From contig CAYOYV010000004.1 of NCBI GenBank assembly GCA_964408285.1, forward strand, positions 1 through 64,000: DNA of 64,000 nucleotides, in the 5' to 3' direction. The notes under the pieces are model-generated. The model was not told where the DNA came from. It saw nothing but the letters and a program-made list of their open reading frames with translations, and ran no database searches. The stretch is from an uncultured Nitrososphaerota archaeon. Lineage in GTDB: Archaea > Thermoproteota > EX4484-205 > JAAOZO01. Made by a program: the position numbers and the translations under genes. Shown in pieces: positions 1 through 10,724 of this stretch (position 1 is the stretch's first letter; the number at the start of each line of letters is the position of its first letter).

Positions 1-1209
1 TTGGTCGTTAATAGGACATTCTGGATACTGTGCATTGTTGGCTTTTTTGCGATCCTGAGTTCAACTATGTCAAAAAACCCAGTGTTGAATCCATTCGCCA
101 GGTCGCTCAACACACCAGATTCGCTATTGGGATTCATCGCAGCTGCTTCTACGATCCCCGGCATATTGATCAGTCTCCCGGCAGGGTCCCTATCAGACGT
201 ACTTGGCAGAAGAAGGGTTCTTTTCATATCGTGCTCTGTTTTTGCCACTGCGCCCTTTCTCTATCTCTTCGTGACCTCATGGTGGCAGCTGGCCCTCGTT
301 AGGTTCTATCATGGCTTCGCGACAGCCATTTTCGTTCCAGTTGCAAACGCGTTCGTTGCGGAGATTTTCCCCACCAAGAAGGGAGAGCGCATATCGCTAT
401 TCTCTTCCGCTACTTCCGTCGGGAGGGCTATTGCTCCCCTATTCGGAGGATACCTGCTATATATAACGGCTTACGATTTTCATGAGCTTTACGTGATTGT
501 CGGATCGGCGGGACTGATCACGTTGTTCATGATGTCGCTTTTCCTGAGGAAAAAGCCTGCTGATGAGGATATGAAGGTCGATTCAACAAGGAGTCAACGA
601 GGGCGATCATTTGAGGGTTGGGCAAACGTTGCAAGGAATCCGAAGATAATTGTCACGAGCCTTATAGAAGCATCTCAATACTATGCCTATGGGGCAGTGG
701 AATTCTTCCTGATTAGCTATCTAAAGGACATCGCTCATTTGGACGCTTTTTCCATAGGAATAATCTCTGGACTGCAAATCGCAGTGATTCCTTTGAGTCG
801 GCCATTCATGGGCATTCTGTCCGACAGGATGGGCAGAAAGACCCCGATCATTCTCGGTTCACTAATCGCTGCGGCATCGATCATGGCATTTCCCTTCACT
901 ACTCAGTTGCCTCTGATTGTTCTTGACTCCATTCTTTACGGGCTTGGTTTCTCAATGGTAACCTCCTCGACACCAGCCCTCATCAGCGAATTGACCAATA
1001 GGGATTCGATAGGAACAGGTATGGGCTTTCTGAGCACAATCATGGATGTAGGACAGACCGCAGGACCGATAATCACCGGGCTCCTCCTTGGAACCGGGCT
1101 CGGATATTCTGGTTCATTCGCTGGCATATCCGCCATAATCGTGTCGTGCTGTCTATTGTTCGTCGTCGTCCAATCGATGGTAAGAGAGCGCCCTCCCCTC
1201 GTAGCATAG
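1..1209 (+). CDS. MFS transporter (start may lie at or before the window edge)
   Basis: About 12 hydrophobic segments; MFS motif A twice (GSLSDVLGRRR, GILSDRMGRK). Confidence 0.9.
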   Translation: MVVNRTFWILCIVGFFAILSSTMSKNPVLNPFARSLNTPDSLLGFIAAASTIPGILISLPAGSLSDVLGRRRVLFISCSVFATAPFLYLFVTSWWQLALVRFYHGFATAIFVPVANAFVAEIFPTKKGERISLFSSATSVGRAIAPLFGGYLLYITAYDFHELYVIVGSAGLITLFMMSLFLRKKPADEDMKVDSTRSQRGRSFEGWANVARNPKIIVTSLIEASQYYAYGAVEFFLISYLKDIAHLDAFSIGIISGLQIAVIPLSRPFMGILSDRMGRKTPIILGSLIAAASIMAFPFTTQLPLIVLDSILYGLGFSMVTSSTPALISELTNRDSIGTGMGFLSTIMDVGQTAGPIITGLLLGTGLGYSGSFAGISAIIVSCCLLFVVVQSMVRERPPLVA

Positions 1210-1401
1210 GTAACCTTACCACAGGCAAATAGGATGGTGTTGCTTCTTCTCAGAATAAGACACTTCGGTGGCTTCGAATAGCCGCAAGGACTCTGGAATA
1301 GAATCTCTTCAGAGCTGAGTCGTGGTGGAGGCGTTTGAAACGATTGACATGACCTGTATTTACTGCCTTATGGAGTCCGGGGGGAACTTGCGGAGCAGAT
1401 T

Positions 1402-2808
1402 CTACGCCACTTGGTGTGAGAGCAGCTTCATCTGGTAATCCCATTTATCAAAGTAGAGGTTAGCCTCCTTCCACTCCATCTCGCCCCGCTGATTGTCAAC
1501 GGTGTCTGATCTGTAGTGAATCTTCTCTGGGCTGAACTTCGATGAAATATCGATGTTGGTAATCAATCTGAAGTGGTCGATATTCCCGAAGTAGAATCGG
1601 TGGTATTCCGGCTTGTCCTTCATGTGCCCGCCGAAGGAGGGATCAACATAAAGCCATCCATACGGTTCAATGAGACATTGGGCCCAGTCATGAGGACTTG
1701 ACCTACTGGGGTTTAGGTACCATCCAGATTGCCATCTGGCTGGAATCCCGGAAATCCTGCATAGGGTTATGAAGAGCAGGGCCTGTATTCCACAATCGCC
1801 CCTTAGATTTCTTGCTGCATAATCACTGATGCATTCGAAGGTTGAATACTCTGGGACGAGGGCATATCTTACATTTTTAGTTATCCAATCATATATGCGC
1901 CAAGCCTTGAGATATGGGTTCGATTCGTCAGCGACAATTTCCTCCGCGAGTTTCTCTAAGTAAGGTGTGAAGGCGACATGAGGTAACTGCTCTGAGGTAT
2001 ATTGCTCGTATATCTGATCGCGAATATAAGGTTCGACATGCTGTGAATCCGCAGACCTATACGACGCAGACACTGTATATTCATAATGGACCTCAAATCT
2101 GGACTCCTGTCCGCTCTTGGCGGCCTGTTCAAAATAAATTGTCCTTTGCGGTGTGTCTTCCGGCGCCAGAACATAGCTATCAGGTCTGGCGGAGACCAGC
2201 TCGATTTCAGTTTGTATCGGCTCTCTCAACGGAAACGGAATCCAGGCTCTGACAATCTCTCCGTCCGGAACCACATCAGGTTTCAACCTCAGAACCATCG
2301 AGACGGTATTTCTGCATTCGTTTTGATCGCCCGACCCCTTCTCCAAGACATTTTCTATGTGCTCACGAAGGACGCGATCGGCGTTGGCGGATGCCTCATC
2401 ACTCTGAACTGCTCTTCTCTTGGCTTCTGCGCTATCTCTCAACAGATTCGGCAAAAACGAGTTGAAGATTCGAACCTGTCCCTCTATTTCCCTGCTTTCT
2501 ATGGTCCCCTCCTGCAACCATTTGTCAAAATCGTTTCTCCCCAGATCTGGAATTACGGCGCTAAGGATTTGGTGGGCCTCTTCTCGACTGAGTCTATAAT
2601 CATTCTTCGTCCTCTCGATCCTCTCAAACTCCCATTGCAGCCTAGAGGTGAGAAGTGCCGGAAGTGCATGTCTGTCACGCAGGATATTCCTTAATAACAG
2701 GATGGCTTCTTTGAAGAGGCCCCTTTCTTCTAACTCCCTAACTTTCTCAGGTAGGCCTGCCACAAGAAATCCAATGTCGGAAGAATCCACGCGTTTATTC
2801 TCGTCCAA
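1402..2808 (-). CDS. Transglutaminase-like (papain-fold) protein
   Basis: Triad motifs GDCGIQALLF (Cys), SPHDWA (His), YVDPSFG (Asp); also IYDWITKNVRY and GIPARW. Confidence 0.85.
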   Translation of the reverse strand: MDENKRVDSSDIGFLVAGLPEKVRELEERGLFKEAILLLRNILRDRHALPALLTSRLQWEFERIERTKNDYRLSREEAHQILSAVIPDLGRNDFDKWLQEGTIESREIEGQVRIFNSFLPNLLRDSAEAKRRAVQSDEASANADRVLREHIENVLEKGSGDQNECRNTVSMVLRLKPDVVPDGEIVRAWIPFPLREPIQTEIELVSARPDSYVLAPEDTPQRTIYFEQAAKSGQESRFEVHYEYTVSASYRSADSQHVEPYIRDQIYEQYTSEQLPHVAFTPYLEKLAEEIVADESNPYLKAWRIYDWITKNVRYALVPEYSTFECISDYAARNLRGDCGIQALLFITLCRISGIPARWQSGWYLNPSRSSPHDWAQCLIEPYGWLYVDPSFGGHMKDKPEYHRFYFGNIDHFRLITNIDISSKFSPEKIHYRSDTVDNQRGEMEWKEANLYFDKWDYQMKLLSHQVA

Positions 2809-2922
2809 TCCGACTTATTCTATTCATAGGGTTATAAACCTCTATATGAACATCCTCATTTCAACTATCATGGCATCGTGCTCCATCAGACTGATGTATG
2901 CACTAAGCGAATGAATTCTCAC

Positions 2923-3807
2923 TCAAGAAGTTAGAAGGCTCTTCACAGCATCAACAATTATGGGAGCAACCGAGATAGTACTGTATTTGCTCTGAACGCA
3001 ATCCGTTCCGCATATCGCCTTGGCCCCTGCCCCGAAAAGCTCTTCTTCTGCATTGCCCACCAGAAGAGGAAAGGCACACGCAAGGTATACGTCTCTGGCG
3101 CCCTGTTGCTTAACCGCTAGGATGGCATTTAGCATGGTCTTTCCTGTGCTTATGACGTCGTCCACTATCACCACATCCCTGTCCCTAACACGAAGTCGCC
3201 TTGCGTGGGTTGTTATCTCCCCTGTTACAGGGTCACGGTCCTTGCCGAAATAAGACCAATCGGTGGAAAGGATTTCAGCAATCGTTTTTGCCCGCAATGG
3301 ATCTTCATCGTCAGGAGTCACAACAAATGGATCTCTGAGATCTAGACCGAGAAAATACTTGCCGATTGCCGGCATTGCAGATAGATTCCGAGTTCCGACT
3401 TTGAAGCGAGTTAGTGTTTCCTTGTTGTGGATGTCGAAAGTCATGAAATAGTCTATCCCGGCTGCTTCCAGCAACTTGATCATGATCTCTGATGCTATCG
3501 CTTCACCTTGTAATAGCCTCCTGTCTTGGCGGCTGTATCCGAAATATGGAACGACGGCCACAACTTTCCGAGCCCCCAAATCCTTTGCCGTTGATACCAT
3601 GAACAATAGTTCCATCCAACGCTTGTCTTGCGGCACATCACACGAATGCACTATGACGAGATCCTTGTCCCTGAGGTCTCCCATGAAGCGTATATATGAC
3701 TCGCCATCGGGAAACAGCTTATTCTCGACAGGTACGATATCGGCATCCAGAAGCGCGGCAACTCGCTGACCAAGCAACAGCGAAGATGGACCAGGCGTTA
3801 TTATCAT
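2923..3807 (-). CDS. prs: Ribose-phosphate pyrophosphokinase
   Basis: FPDGE, PYFGYSRQDR and VIVDDVISTGKT motifs; start taken at ATG 3807 (MIITPG). Confidence 0.92.
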   Translation of the reverse strand: MIITPGPSSLLLGQRVAALLDADIVPVENKLFPDGESYIRFMGDLRDKDLVIVHSCDVPQDKRWMELLFMVSTAKDLGARKVVAVVPYFGYSRQDRRLLQGEAIASEIMIKLLEAAGIDYFMTFDIHNKETLTRFKVGTRNLSAMPAIGKYFLGLDLRDPFVVTPDDEDPLRAKTIAEILSTDWSYFGKDRDPVTGEITTHARRLRVRDRDVVIVDDVISTGKTMLNAILAVKQQGARDVYLACAFPLLVGNAEEELFGAGAKAICGTDCVQSKYSTISVAPIIVDAVKSLLTS

Positions 3808-4063
3808 AGTTCTGAGCAGCTTCTTGCTCGGGGTTGGATGGGCAATATAAACGTTATTCACGGTAATTCTAGCAGAGGCAGACGTGCCGATTTATGGGGG
3901 CGCGTGGTGAACATCTTTCTGGAGGTCGAATAGCATTCATTCTCTTCGGAAACATGCATAGCTCATGAAACAGGTCAATAATCTGCCTATCGACATCATT
4001 CCTAGGATTGGGCGACTCCCAGCTTAGGAAAAGGGAGATCTCACACGTCTGATTTTGAGTAGG

Positions 4064-4070
4064 CTTAAAT
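4064..4070 (+). promoter_or_regulatory. Probable TATA box (leaderless transcript) for the GH29 gene
   Basis: CTTAAAT about 25 nt upstream of ATG 4095. Confidence 0.5.
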
Positions 4071-4094
4071 CCCTTCGGTGAATTGGCCCTCTAA

Positions 4095-5057
4095 ATGGGC
4101 GTCTCAGCCAGTTCGGTCAGATGGTTCAAAGAGGCCAGACTTGGAATATTCATTCATTGGGGGATTTACTCGATCTTGGGACGTGGAGAGTGGGTAATGA
4201 ATAACGATAATATGCCGTTGGCAGAGTATGAAAAACTCAAAGATGAATTCAACCCAGATGCATTCGATGCCGCCGAATGGACTGAACTGTTCAAACAGTC
4301 AGAGGCGAGGTATATCACCTTCACGACAAAGCACCATGATGGTTTTTGTATGTTTGATTCGAAGCTTACGGAATACAAGGTAACGAACTCTCCGTTAGGG
4401 CGTGATGTGTTAAGTGAACTCGTGGAGGCATCAAGATCAAGAGGGCTTAGAATCTTCTTCTATTACTCGCTGCTCGATTGGCACCATACTGATTATTTTC
4501 CACTCGGCATGACTGGTCGCAATACTGGAAGAAAGGGGAACGGACGTTGGGGGGGCTACCTCGATTATTACATTGGTCAGGTAAGGGAATTGTGTCGGAA
4601 TTACGGGGAAGTAGGGGGATTCTGGTTCGACGGTTTGTGGGACAAGCAAAACGCGGACTGGCGGCTTGGCGAACTATACGAGACTATTCATTCACTACAG
4701 CCTTCGGCGTTGATAGGAAACAATCACCACGCTGTTCCGTTCCCAGGCGAGAATTTTCAGATATTTGAACAGGATCTTCCAGGAAGCAATACAGCAGGGT
4801 TCAATGTAGCTGGAGTATCGTCTCTGCCCCTTGAGACTTGCCTGACAATGAACAACAGCTGGGGGTACAACGCAACGGACAATTCATACAAATCCACCGA
4901 AGAAATAGTTCAATACATACTAGGTGCCAATAAGTTAGGCGCAAATCTATTGCTCAATGTTGGCCCTCTCCCAAACGGCAAGATACACCAGGAGCAGCAA
5001 CTCAGATTATCTGGAATTGCCTCACGGCTCAGAAGTCGTCGATTGGATTCAGCGTAG
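4095..5057 (+). CDS. Alpha-L-fucosidase, GH29 (catalytic domain only)
   Basis: WFKEARLGIFIHWG, TTKHHDGF, GFWFDG (nucleophile), SWGY and NLLLNVGP motifs; no signal peptide. Confidence 0.92.
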   Translation: MGVSASSVRWFKEARLGIFIHWGIYSILGRGEWVMNNDNMPLAEYEKLKDEFNPDAFDAAEWTELFKQSEARYITFTTKHHDGFCMFDSKLTEYKVTNSPLGRDVLSELVEASRSRGLRIFFYYSLLDWHHTDYFPLGMTGRNTGRKGNGRWGGYLDYYIGQVRELCRNYGEVGGFWFDGLWDKQNADWRLGELYETIHSLQPSALIGNNHHAVPFPGENFQIFEQDLPGSNTAGFNVAGVSSLPLETCLTMNNSWGYNATDNSYKSTEEIVQYILGANKLGANLLLNVGPLPNGKIHQEQQLRLSGIASRLRSRRLDSA

Positions 5058-5143
5058 GCGCGCGCAATGGAGCCAGAGCGGAGCGTCTGGGATGCTGTTC
5101 TTAAATAACTAATCTAGGCATCAGATACAGGGGACGAATTCGT

Positions 5144-7330
5144 TTGGAATGGTGGGAGAAACCAGTAAGGATGATGAGGCTTGACTATCTCGATGCACTG
5201 CAGAGAATGACCAAAGCCGACTTAGAAGAACTGGCACGATGGAAAAAGGAAGAGTGGAACGTGAATTGCGAGTGGGTAATGGGGACTTCCGGCATGGCAC
5301 CCGGATTAGGTTATCTGACGACTTTCAATGCGACCGAATTCGAGAAATATCCCGGACTCGGGGAGTTTGATCTAATAAGGGAATATCTGCCATATGCAAG
5401 GAAATATGGGATTAGGGTCCTAGCATATTTGAACATGCACTGGTACTCCTATGATTTTGCGGCCAAGCATTCCGATTGGGAACAAGTCACCGGAGACGGA
5501 AGGAGCTATGGCAGGATCCACCCCCTCTATGGCTCCGGGACAACCATGTGCATAAATTCCAGTTGGAGAAACTGGTCCTTTGAACTCATAGAGGAATCAA
5601 TGAAGACTGGCATAGATGGGGTCTTCCTTGATGGGCCAGTTGTCTTCCCAGAGTGTTGCTACTGCGACTCGTGTAGAGAGAAATTCAACTCAGCATATCA
5701 ATCAGGAATGCCGAAATGGGAAGACTGGGCAAATCCGAAGTGGAAAGACTTCTTGGACTTCAGGGAGGTCTCCATGGCAGATTATCTGAGAGATGCCAAA
5801 GAAGTTGTCAAGAGGATGAATCCGAAGGGCGTGATTTTCCTTAACGCAAGAGGTTGGCGACCGGGTAATTGGAGAGTTGCCGGTAACATAGAAAAACTCA
5901 GTGAGTATCAAAACTTCAACGGGGCAGAGGCGTTCTTTCACCCTGGCACGAATCCCCCGCCTCTGTTCTTCTCAGCGATTGAGGCCAAACACCTGCTTAC
6001 TGAAGGAAAGCCGGCAGTGGTCTTCACTCACCACGCCCTCGGGACTTGGCACTATTTGCCCCTGCCACAGTTCGAAGCAGAGCTTGCAATGGCTCAGACC
6101 ATCGCCTGTGGAGCGAATCCATGGTTCGCCATATTCGACTATTCGCTGGATCATAGCTCGGAAGAATCACTCAGGCCTATCAAGAATATCTTAGGATTCA
6201 TGGCGAAGAACGAGCAATACTACACAGCGACCGCTTCTGAATCGGATATTGCTCTGCTGATTTCCTCTCAGACCTCAACTTTCTATCTCTCGGAACTGAA
6301 CGAACTATATCTGGATCCTGGGACAGGGGTTGAAAAGGATCTTGCAATAGAGGGAGTAACGGGTGAGAAGAAGATTGACCTTGCCGCCAGAAAACGGATA
6401 TGTGATGAGCTATACTCGGACTGCGTTCTCGGTTTCGCGAACATGCTCTGGAGGAACCACTTTCCCTTCGATGTCATATCAGACAAGCATCTTAAGAGGG
6501 AACCGCTAGGTAGGTATTCGACCCTGATTCTACCAAACGCAGCTTGTCTTGACGATGCCCAGATAGAATCTATATCCAGTTTCGTGAAGGAAGGAGGAAG
6601 AATAATCAGTTCCTTTGAAACAGCTTCCTACGACGGGCGTGGACGTCAGAGAGGCAAGAATCCAATGTGGGATTTGTTTGGCGTGGACAGAATCGAAGGG
6701 ATGATGACTCCCAGAGTAGGAGAGGAATACATGAGAATCGTGGGGGTACCTGAAAGAACGACATCAATCCCCGAAGGAAAGTGGATTCCCAGGCCGAGCT
6801 ACACCCTCAAGGCAATCCCAAAGAAGAACGCCTTCGCCCCTTGCATCTACCTGGCCCAAATAGGAGCTTACTACTCTCCGCCCAGAGGAGATTCTATCTA
6901 CTCCGCGATGGTATTCAATAGATATGGGCTTGGAACTTCGATCTTCTTCTCAAATCTGATCGGTGAATTCTACGTTAGGTACAAAATGCCGTCAATCTCC
7001 GGTTTAGTCAGCGACGTGATGCGAACCACGGGCAAGAAGATCCCCGTAGTGGCCGTCGAGGCCCCGGGGACAGTCCAATTCGAGCTGAGAAGCCAACATA
7101 ACCCAAGGAGGCTCCTCATTCATCTAGTGAACAACACTGGAGAAATGGAAAGGCCATTTTCCAACCTGATTCCGGTTCGCAATATCAAAATAAAGGTCAA
7201 CGGTCGCATGCCGCAAAGAGCATTCAAGTTGAGCGATGGAAAAAGACTTGATCCGAAGGAAATCGCCAATGGTATCTTGTACGAGATAGAGCAATTGGAT
7301 GTTTACGAAGTGATTGTCATAGAGCCATAG
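5144..7330 (+). CDS. Putative glycoside hydrolase: GHL6/GH42-like TIM barrel plus beta-galactosidase trimerisation (GATase-like) domain
   Basis: DGVFLDG..CCYCDSCREKF motif; C-terminal FPFDVISD..YSTLILPNAACLDD..FVKEGG matches the trimerisation-domain pattern. Confidence 0.7.
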   Translation: MEWWEKPVRMMRLDYLDALQRMTKADLEELARWKKEEWNVNCEWVMGTSGMAPGLGYLTTFNATEFEKYPGLGEFDLIREYLPYARKYGIRVLAYLNMHWYSYDFAAKHSDWEQVTGDGRSYGRIHPLYGSGTTMCINSSWRNWSFELIEESMKTGIDGVFLDGPVVFPECCYCDSCREKFNSAYQSGMPKWEDWANPKWKDFLDFREVSMADYLRDAKEVVKRMNPKGVIFLNARGWRPGNWRVAGNIEKLSEYQNFNGAEAFFHPGTNPPPLFFSAIEAKHLLTEGKPAVVFTHHALGTWHYLPLPQFEAELAMAQTIACGANPWFAIFDYSLDHSSEESLRPIKNILGFMAKNEQYYTATASESDIALLISSQTSTFYLSELNELYLDPGTGVEKDLAIEGVTGEKKIDLAARKRICDELYSDCVLGFANMLWRNHFPFDVISDKHLKREPLGRYSTLILPNAACLDDAQIESISSFVKEGGRIISSFETASYDGRGRQRGKNPMWDLFGVDRIEGMMTPRVGEEYMRIVGVPERTTSIPEGKWIPRPSYTLKAIPKKNAFAPCIYLAQIGAYYSPPRGDSIYSAMVFNRYGLGTSIFFSNLIGEFYVRYKMPSISGLVSDVMRTTGKKIPVVAVEAPGTVQFELRSQHNPRRLLIHLVNNTGEMERPFSNLIPVRNIKIKVNGRMPQRAFKLSDGKRLDPKEIANGILYEIEQLDVYEVIVIEP

Positions 7331-7451
7331 TACAGATCAGGTTCTCAGTGCGAAAGCATTTCGTAGGATCGATTTGATTCTGACGAGGTGTGGCACACGT
7401 CTGCTCCGTGGAAACGTTAATCAAGCTCTTTTGCTTTCCACCGCGATTTCC

Positions 7452-8561
7452 ATGAGGCACAGGGAAAGACTCGAACGTTTTTTCGAGTTTAAGGAAGTTG
7501 ATAGGGTTCCAGACTACGAATTCGGATATTGGACTGAGACGATAGATCGATGGCACTCAGAAGGCCTACCGCTGCAATTACATAACCAACAGGACATCGA
7601 GGACTATTTTGGGCTAGAAGGATGGGACACGCTCCGTTTTCTTCCGGTTACAACTGGGCTCTGGCCTTCGCCCCCTTCACGCGCTACAGATGACTATGGT
7701 GACAAAGAGGTCATACGAGATGGGCTAGGCGGAGTTTACCTCAGGACTAAGTGGGCATCGAACATCCCGCAGCAGATCAGGTACCCGATTGAAAAGAAGG
7801 ACGATTGGGAAAAGATACGTCCGTTTTTCAACCCGGAGACCCCTGGCAGGATGTCTGTTGACTGGGATGAGATCGTGAAAAGCTACGAGGGAAGAACATA
7901 TCCGCTCGGCATTTCCGTAGGCAGCCTCTATGGTTGGCTAAGGAACCTGATTGGGGTTCATAATATCTCCATTGCATTCTACAGGGACCCGGACTGGATA
8001 GGAGAGATGATGGATACGCTTGTCGATCTCTGGATCAAATTGATCAGGAAAAGCCTGAGAGATGTGAAGGTTGATTTCACCTCATGGTGGGAGGACATGT
8101 GCTATAGCAGTGGACCGCTCATTTCCGTGAAGCTGTTCGAGGAATTCATGGTGCCCCGATATAGAAAGGTCACGGACATCCTCTTGGAGTATGGCGTCAG
8201 TGTTAACATATTGGATTGCGATGGAAAGATAGACGCCCTTGTACCTGGTTGGCTGAGAGGAGGAATAAATTGCATGTTCCCAATAGAAGCTAGACATACG
8301 AGCCCTCTGAAGCTGAAGGAGACATATGGAAACAAGCTCCTCCTGATGGGAGGAGTCAACAAGCTAGCCCTAATAGCGGGTCAGAAGGCAATAGAGAAGG
8401 AAATAGATTCGCTTGTACCGTTGATAAAGAGCGGAGGCTACCTACCAATGGTTGACCATAGGGTTCCCCCAGAAGTTTCCCTGAGTAACTATGTCTACTA
8501 CCTGAGGCTGAAGAGAAAGGCAATAGGCAGAGTCGATGCACCTAGCCTGCCCATGCCCTAG
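7452..8561 (+). CDS. Uroporphyrinogen decarboxylase-like (URO-D/MtaA-CmuA superfamily) protein
   Basis: WWEDMCY..GPLIS..FEEFMVPRY, LDCDG, LMGGVNK and GGYLPMVDHRVPPEVS; start ATG 7452. Confidence 0.8.
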   Translation: MRHRERLERFFEFKEVDRVPDYEFGYWTETIDRWHSEGLPLQLHNQQDIEDYFGLEGWDTLRFLPVTTGLWPSPPSRATDDYGDKEVIRDGLGGVYLRTKWASNIPQQIRYPIEKKDDWEKIRPFFNPETPGRMSVDWDEIVKSYEGRTYPLGISVGSLYGWLRNLIGVHNISIAFYRDPDWIGEMMDTLVDLWIKLIRKSLRDVKVDFTSWWEDMCYSSGPLISVKLFEEFMVPRYRKVTDILLEYGVSVNILDCDGKIDALVPGWLRGGINCMFPIEARHTSPLKLKETYGNKLLLMGGVNKLALIAGQKAIEKEIDSLVPLIKSGGYLPMVDHRVPPEVSLSNYVYYLRLKRKAIGRVDAPSLPMP

Positions 8562-8651
8562 AGAAACCACGTAGGAAAAGAAGCGCTGTGGAGGCACTTT
8601 CGGTCAAAATACGTAGTAATTCTTATCTGCCATCTGTGTGCTCTCTTGGCA

Positions 8652-9680
8652 ATGAAGAGGGTAAAGATCATTTCGGCCAAGAACGTTGTTCTGGAGGATT
8701 TCGTTGCAGAGGACCCGAAGGCGGATCAGGTAAGATTGAGGGTAATGCACTGCGGAATCTGCGGCAGCGACATTCATGCCTACTTCGATGAACACCCATT
8801 CATAAAATTGCCAGCCATTCCGGGGCACGAGTGCTCGGCAATCGTGGAGGGATTAGGTGAGAGTGTGACGAATCTAAAGATAGGCCAACAAGTAACGTTC
8901 ATTCCTCAGCTGACCTGCGGAAGATGCTACAATTGTAGGAATGGAAGATACAACATCTGTGATGATCTGAAGGTAATAGGGGCACAAGCTGACGGGGCAA
9001 TGAGCGAGCTATTCAATGTGGATGCCAGACTCGTCCTTCCAATGCCAGAGAGCGTTGATCTGAAGGAGGCGGCCCTCGTTGAACCCCTTGCCGTGGCAGT
9101 CCATGCAACAAAGCTTGCAGGCAACATTCTTGGCGAGAACGTTCTGATTTTGGGAGCTGGGACCATAGGTCTATTCCTGACTCAAGTCGCGAAAATGGCT
9201 GGCGCCAGTAACGTCGTAGTCACAGATCTGTTCGACTTCAGATTGGACCTTGCAGCAAGGTTAGGTGCGGACCACTTGATTAACCAGAAACAAACAGCCC
9301 TAACCAAAAATGAGTTGAGAAAGATGCTCGGAGGGGGAGACATTGGAGTGGTATTTGAGGCAGTAGGAGCAGAACAAACAATCAGACAGGCAATAGAGCT
9401 ACCACGGAAAGGCGGCAAGGTGCTCGTCGTTGGCGTATTCGGTCAGGAATCAAAGGTAAATATGGGATTAGTTCAGGATAGGGAGATAACAATACAAGGC
9501 TCCCTGATGTATCTCAGAGAGGACTTTGTTGATGCAATCTCCTTCTTGAGCAGACGCTCAGTGAATACCTCACCCATAATAACGAACACATACAATGCTG
9601 AAGACGCTCCAGAGGCCTTCAGTACGGCCGCTACCTCTAAGGGGAATTGCGTCAAAGTGCTCATTTCCTTCTCGAAATGA
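8652..9680 (+). CDS. Zn-dependent polyol/sugar dehydrogenase (MDR family)
   Basis: CGICGSD, GHE, CGRCYNC..C, EPLAVAVH and GAGTIG. Confidence 0.9.
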   Translation: MKRVKIISAKNVVLEDFVAEDPKADQVRLRVMHCGICGSDIHAYFDEHPFIKLPAIPGHECSAIVEGLGESVTNLKIGQQVTFIPQLTCGRCYNCRNGRYNICDDLKVIGAQADGAMSELFNVDARLVLPMPESVDLKEAALVEPLAVAVHATKLAGNILGENVLILGAGTIGLFLTQVAKMAGASNVVVTDLFDFRLDLAARLGADHLINQKQTALTKNELRKMLGGGDIGVVFEAVGAEQTIRQAIELPRKGGKVLVVGVFGQESKVNMGLVQDREITIQGSLMYLREDFVDAISFLSRRSVNTSPIITNTYNAEDAPEAFSTAATSKGNCVKVLISFSK

Positions 9681-9761
9681 AGATTCGGCTTCGCACCCAC
9701 CGCTGCATGTATGCAGATTGAGATAGGAGAAAGTGTCCCAGATTAAAGCAGGATTTCTATC

Positions 9762-10724
9762 CTATAAGGGCTGGGTTTTAGATTTTCTTGTGCCGGTTCT
9801 GATTAGATCGTTGACTTCTGAAATGTTTTTCGGGACTTCCATCGGACCGAAGTTTCTGACCTTTATGGCGCCAACGGCGTTTGCAAAAACCAACATGTCT
9901 CTCATCGGCAACTGTCTCAGATAAGCGTGAAGTGCTGCTGCGTCAAATGCGTCCCCAGCACCGGTGGGGTCTCCTTCCGGAACGTCAAAAGCACGTTCGT
10001 ATACTTTCCCCTCCTTCGTTAACGCTATTGATCCCCTTTCCCCTAACTTCAGTATCAGATTCCTGACTCCGTACTTGAATACGCGCTCCGCAGCTTCTTC
10101 CATCGTTCTCTCTCCAGTAAGATCGAACAGCTCATTTGCCGAGGGCATCACTATCTCGGAAGCTCTCATTAGGGGCTCAGATATCTTTCTTATCATTCGA
10201 GGTTCTATGAGTTCGGCCCTTAGATTCGGGTCGTAGGTCACTATCATTCCAGATCTGGACGCTATCCTGACTGCTTTATAGCAGGCCTCCCTCATGGTTT
10301 TTCCGAGAGAGAGGGCTGAACCCATTACGTGCAAGACCTTGAACGACTTCACGTAGTCCTCCTTCACATCACCAGATTTGACTTGGCCCGCTGCGGCTTG
10401 TTTCAGGTGGAATATGAAGTCTCTCTTTCCGTCGGCATAGTACATCACGAAAGCCGTCCCGGTCGTATATCCTTCTCTAGTGAGCAGGTATCTGATGTCC
10501 ACGCGGTCCTCCCGCAATCTTCCGCTAATGAGCCTACCAAAATCGTCATTCCCAATAGCCCCTATTATTCCGGATTCCAATCCCAACCTTGCAGCCGTAT
10601 CAATGAAGATCGCTGGGGCCCCGCTCGGAAATGGCCCAGCATAATCTCCTAATCGGTTATGAGGAGAATCCCTCGTCTTCTTGACGAACTCCACCAGAAC
10701 CTCTCCTATTGTGAGAATGTCCAT
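9762..10724 (-). CDS. PfkB-family sugar kinase
   Basis: GPFPSGAPAIF, IGNDDFG, YDPNLR and DPTGAGDAF (PfkB signature 2). Confidence 0.92.
   Translation of the reverse strand: MDILTIGEVLVEFVKKTRDSPHNRLGDYAGPFPSGAPAIFIDTAARLGLESGIIGAIGNDDFGRLISGRLREDRVDIRYLLTREGYTTGTAFVMYYADGKRDFIFHLKQAAAGQVKSGDVKEDYVKSFKVLHVMGSALSLGKTMREACYKAVRIASRSGMIVTYDPNLRAELIEPRMIRKISEPLMRASEIVMPSANELFDLTGERTMEEAAERVFKYGVRNLILKLGERGSIALTKEGKVYERAFDVPEGDPTGAGDAFDAAALHAYLRQLPMRDMLVFANAVGAIKVRNFGPMEVPKNISEVNDLIRTGTRKSKTQPL

Noticed and set aside
2086-2694. Long antisense ORFs (e.g. 2086-2694, 12946-13503, 44731-45279)
   Set aside because: Shadow frames of well-supported genes, with no motifs.
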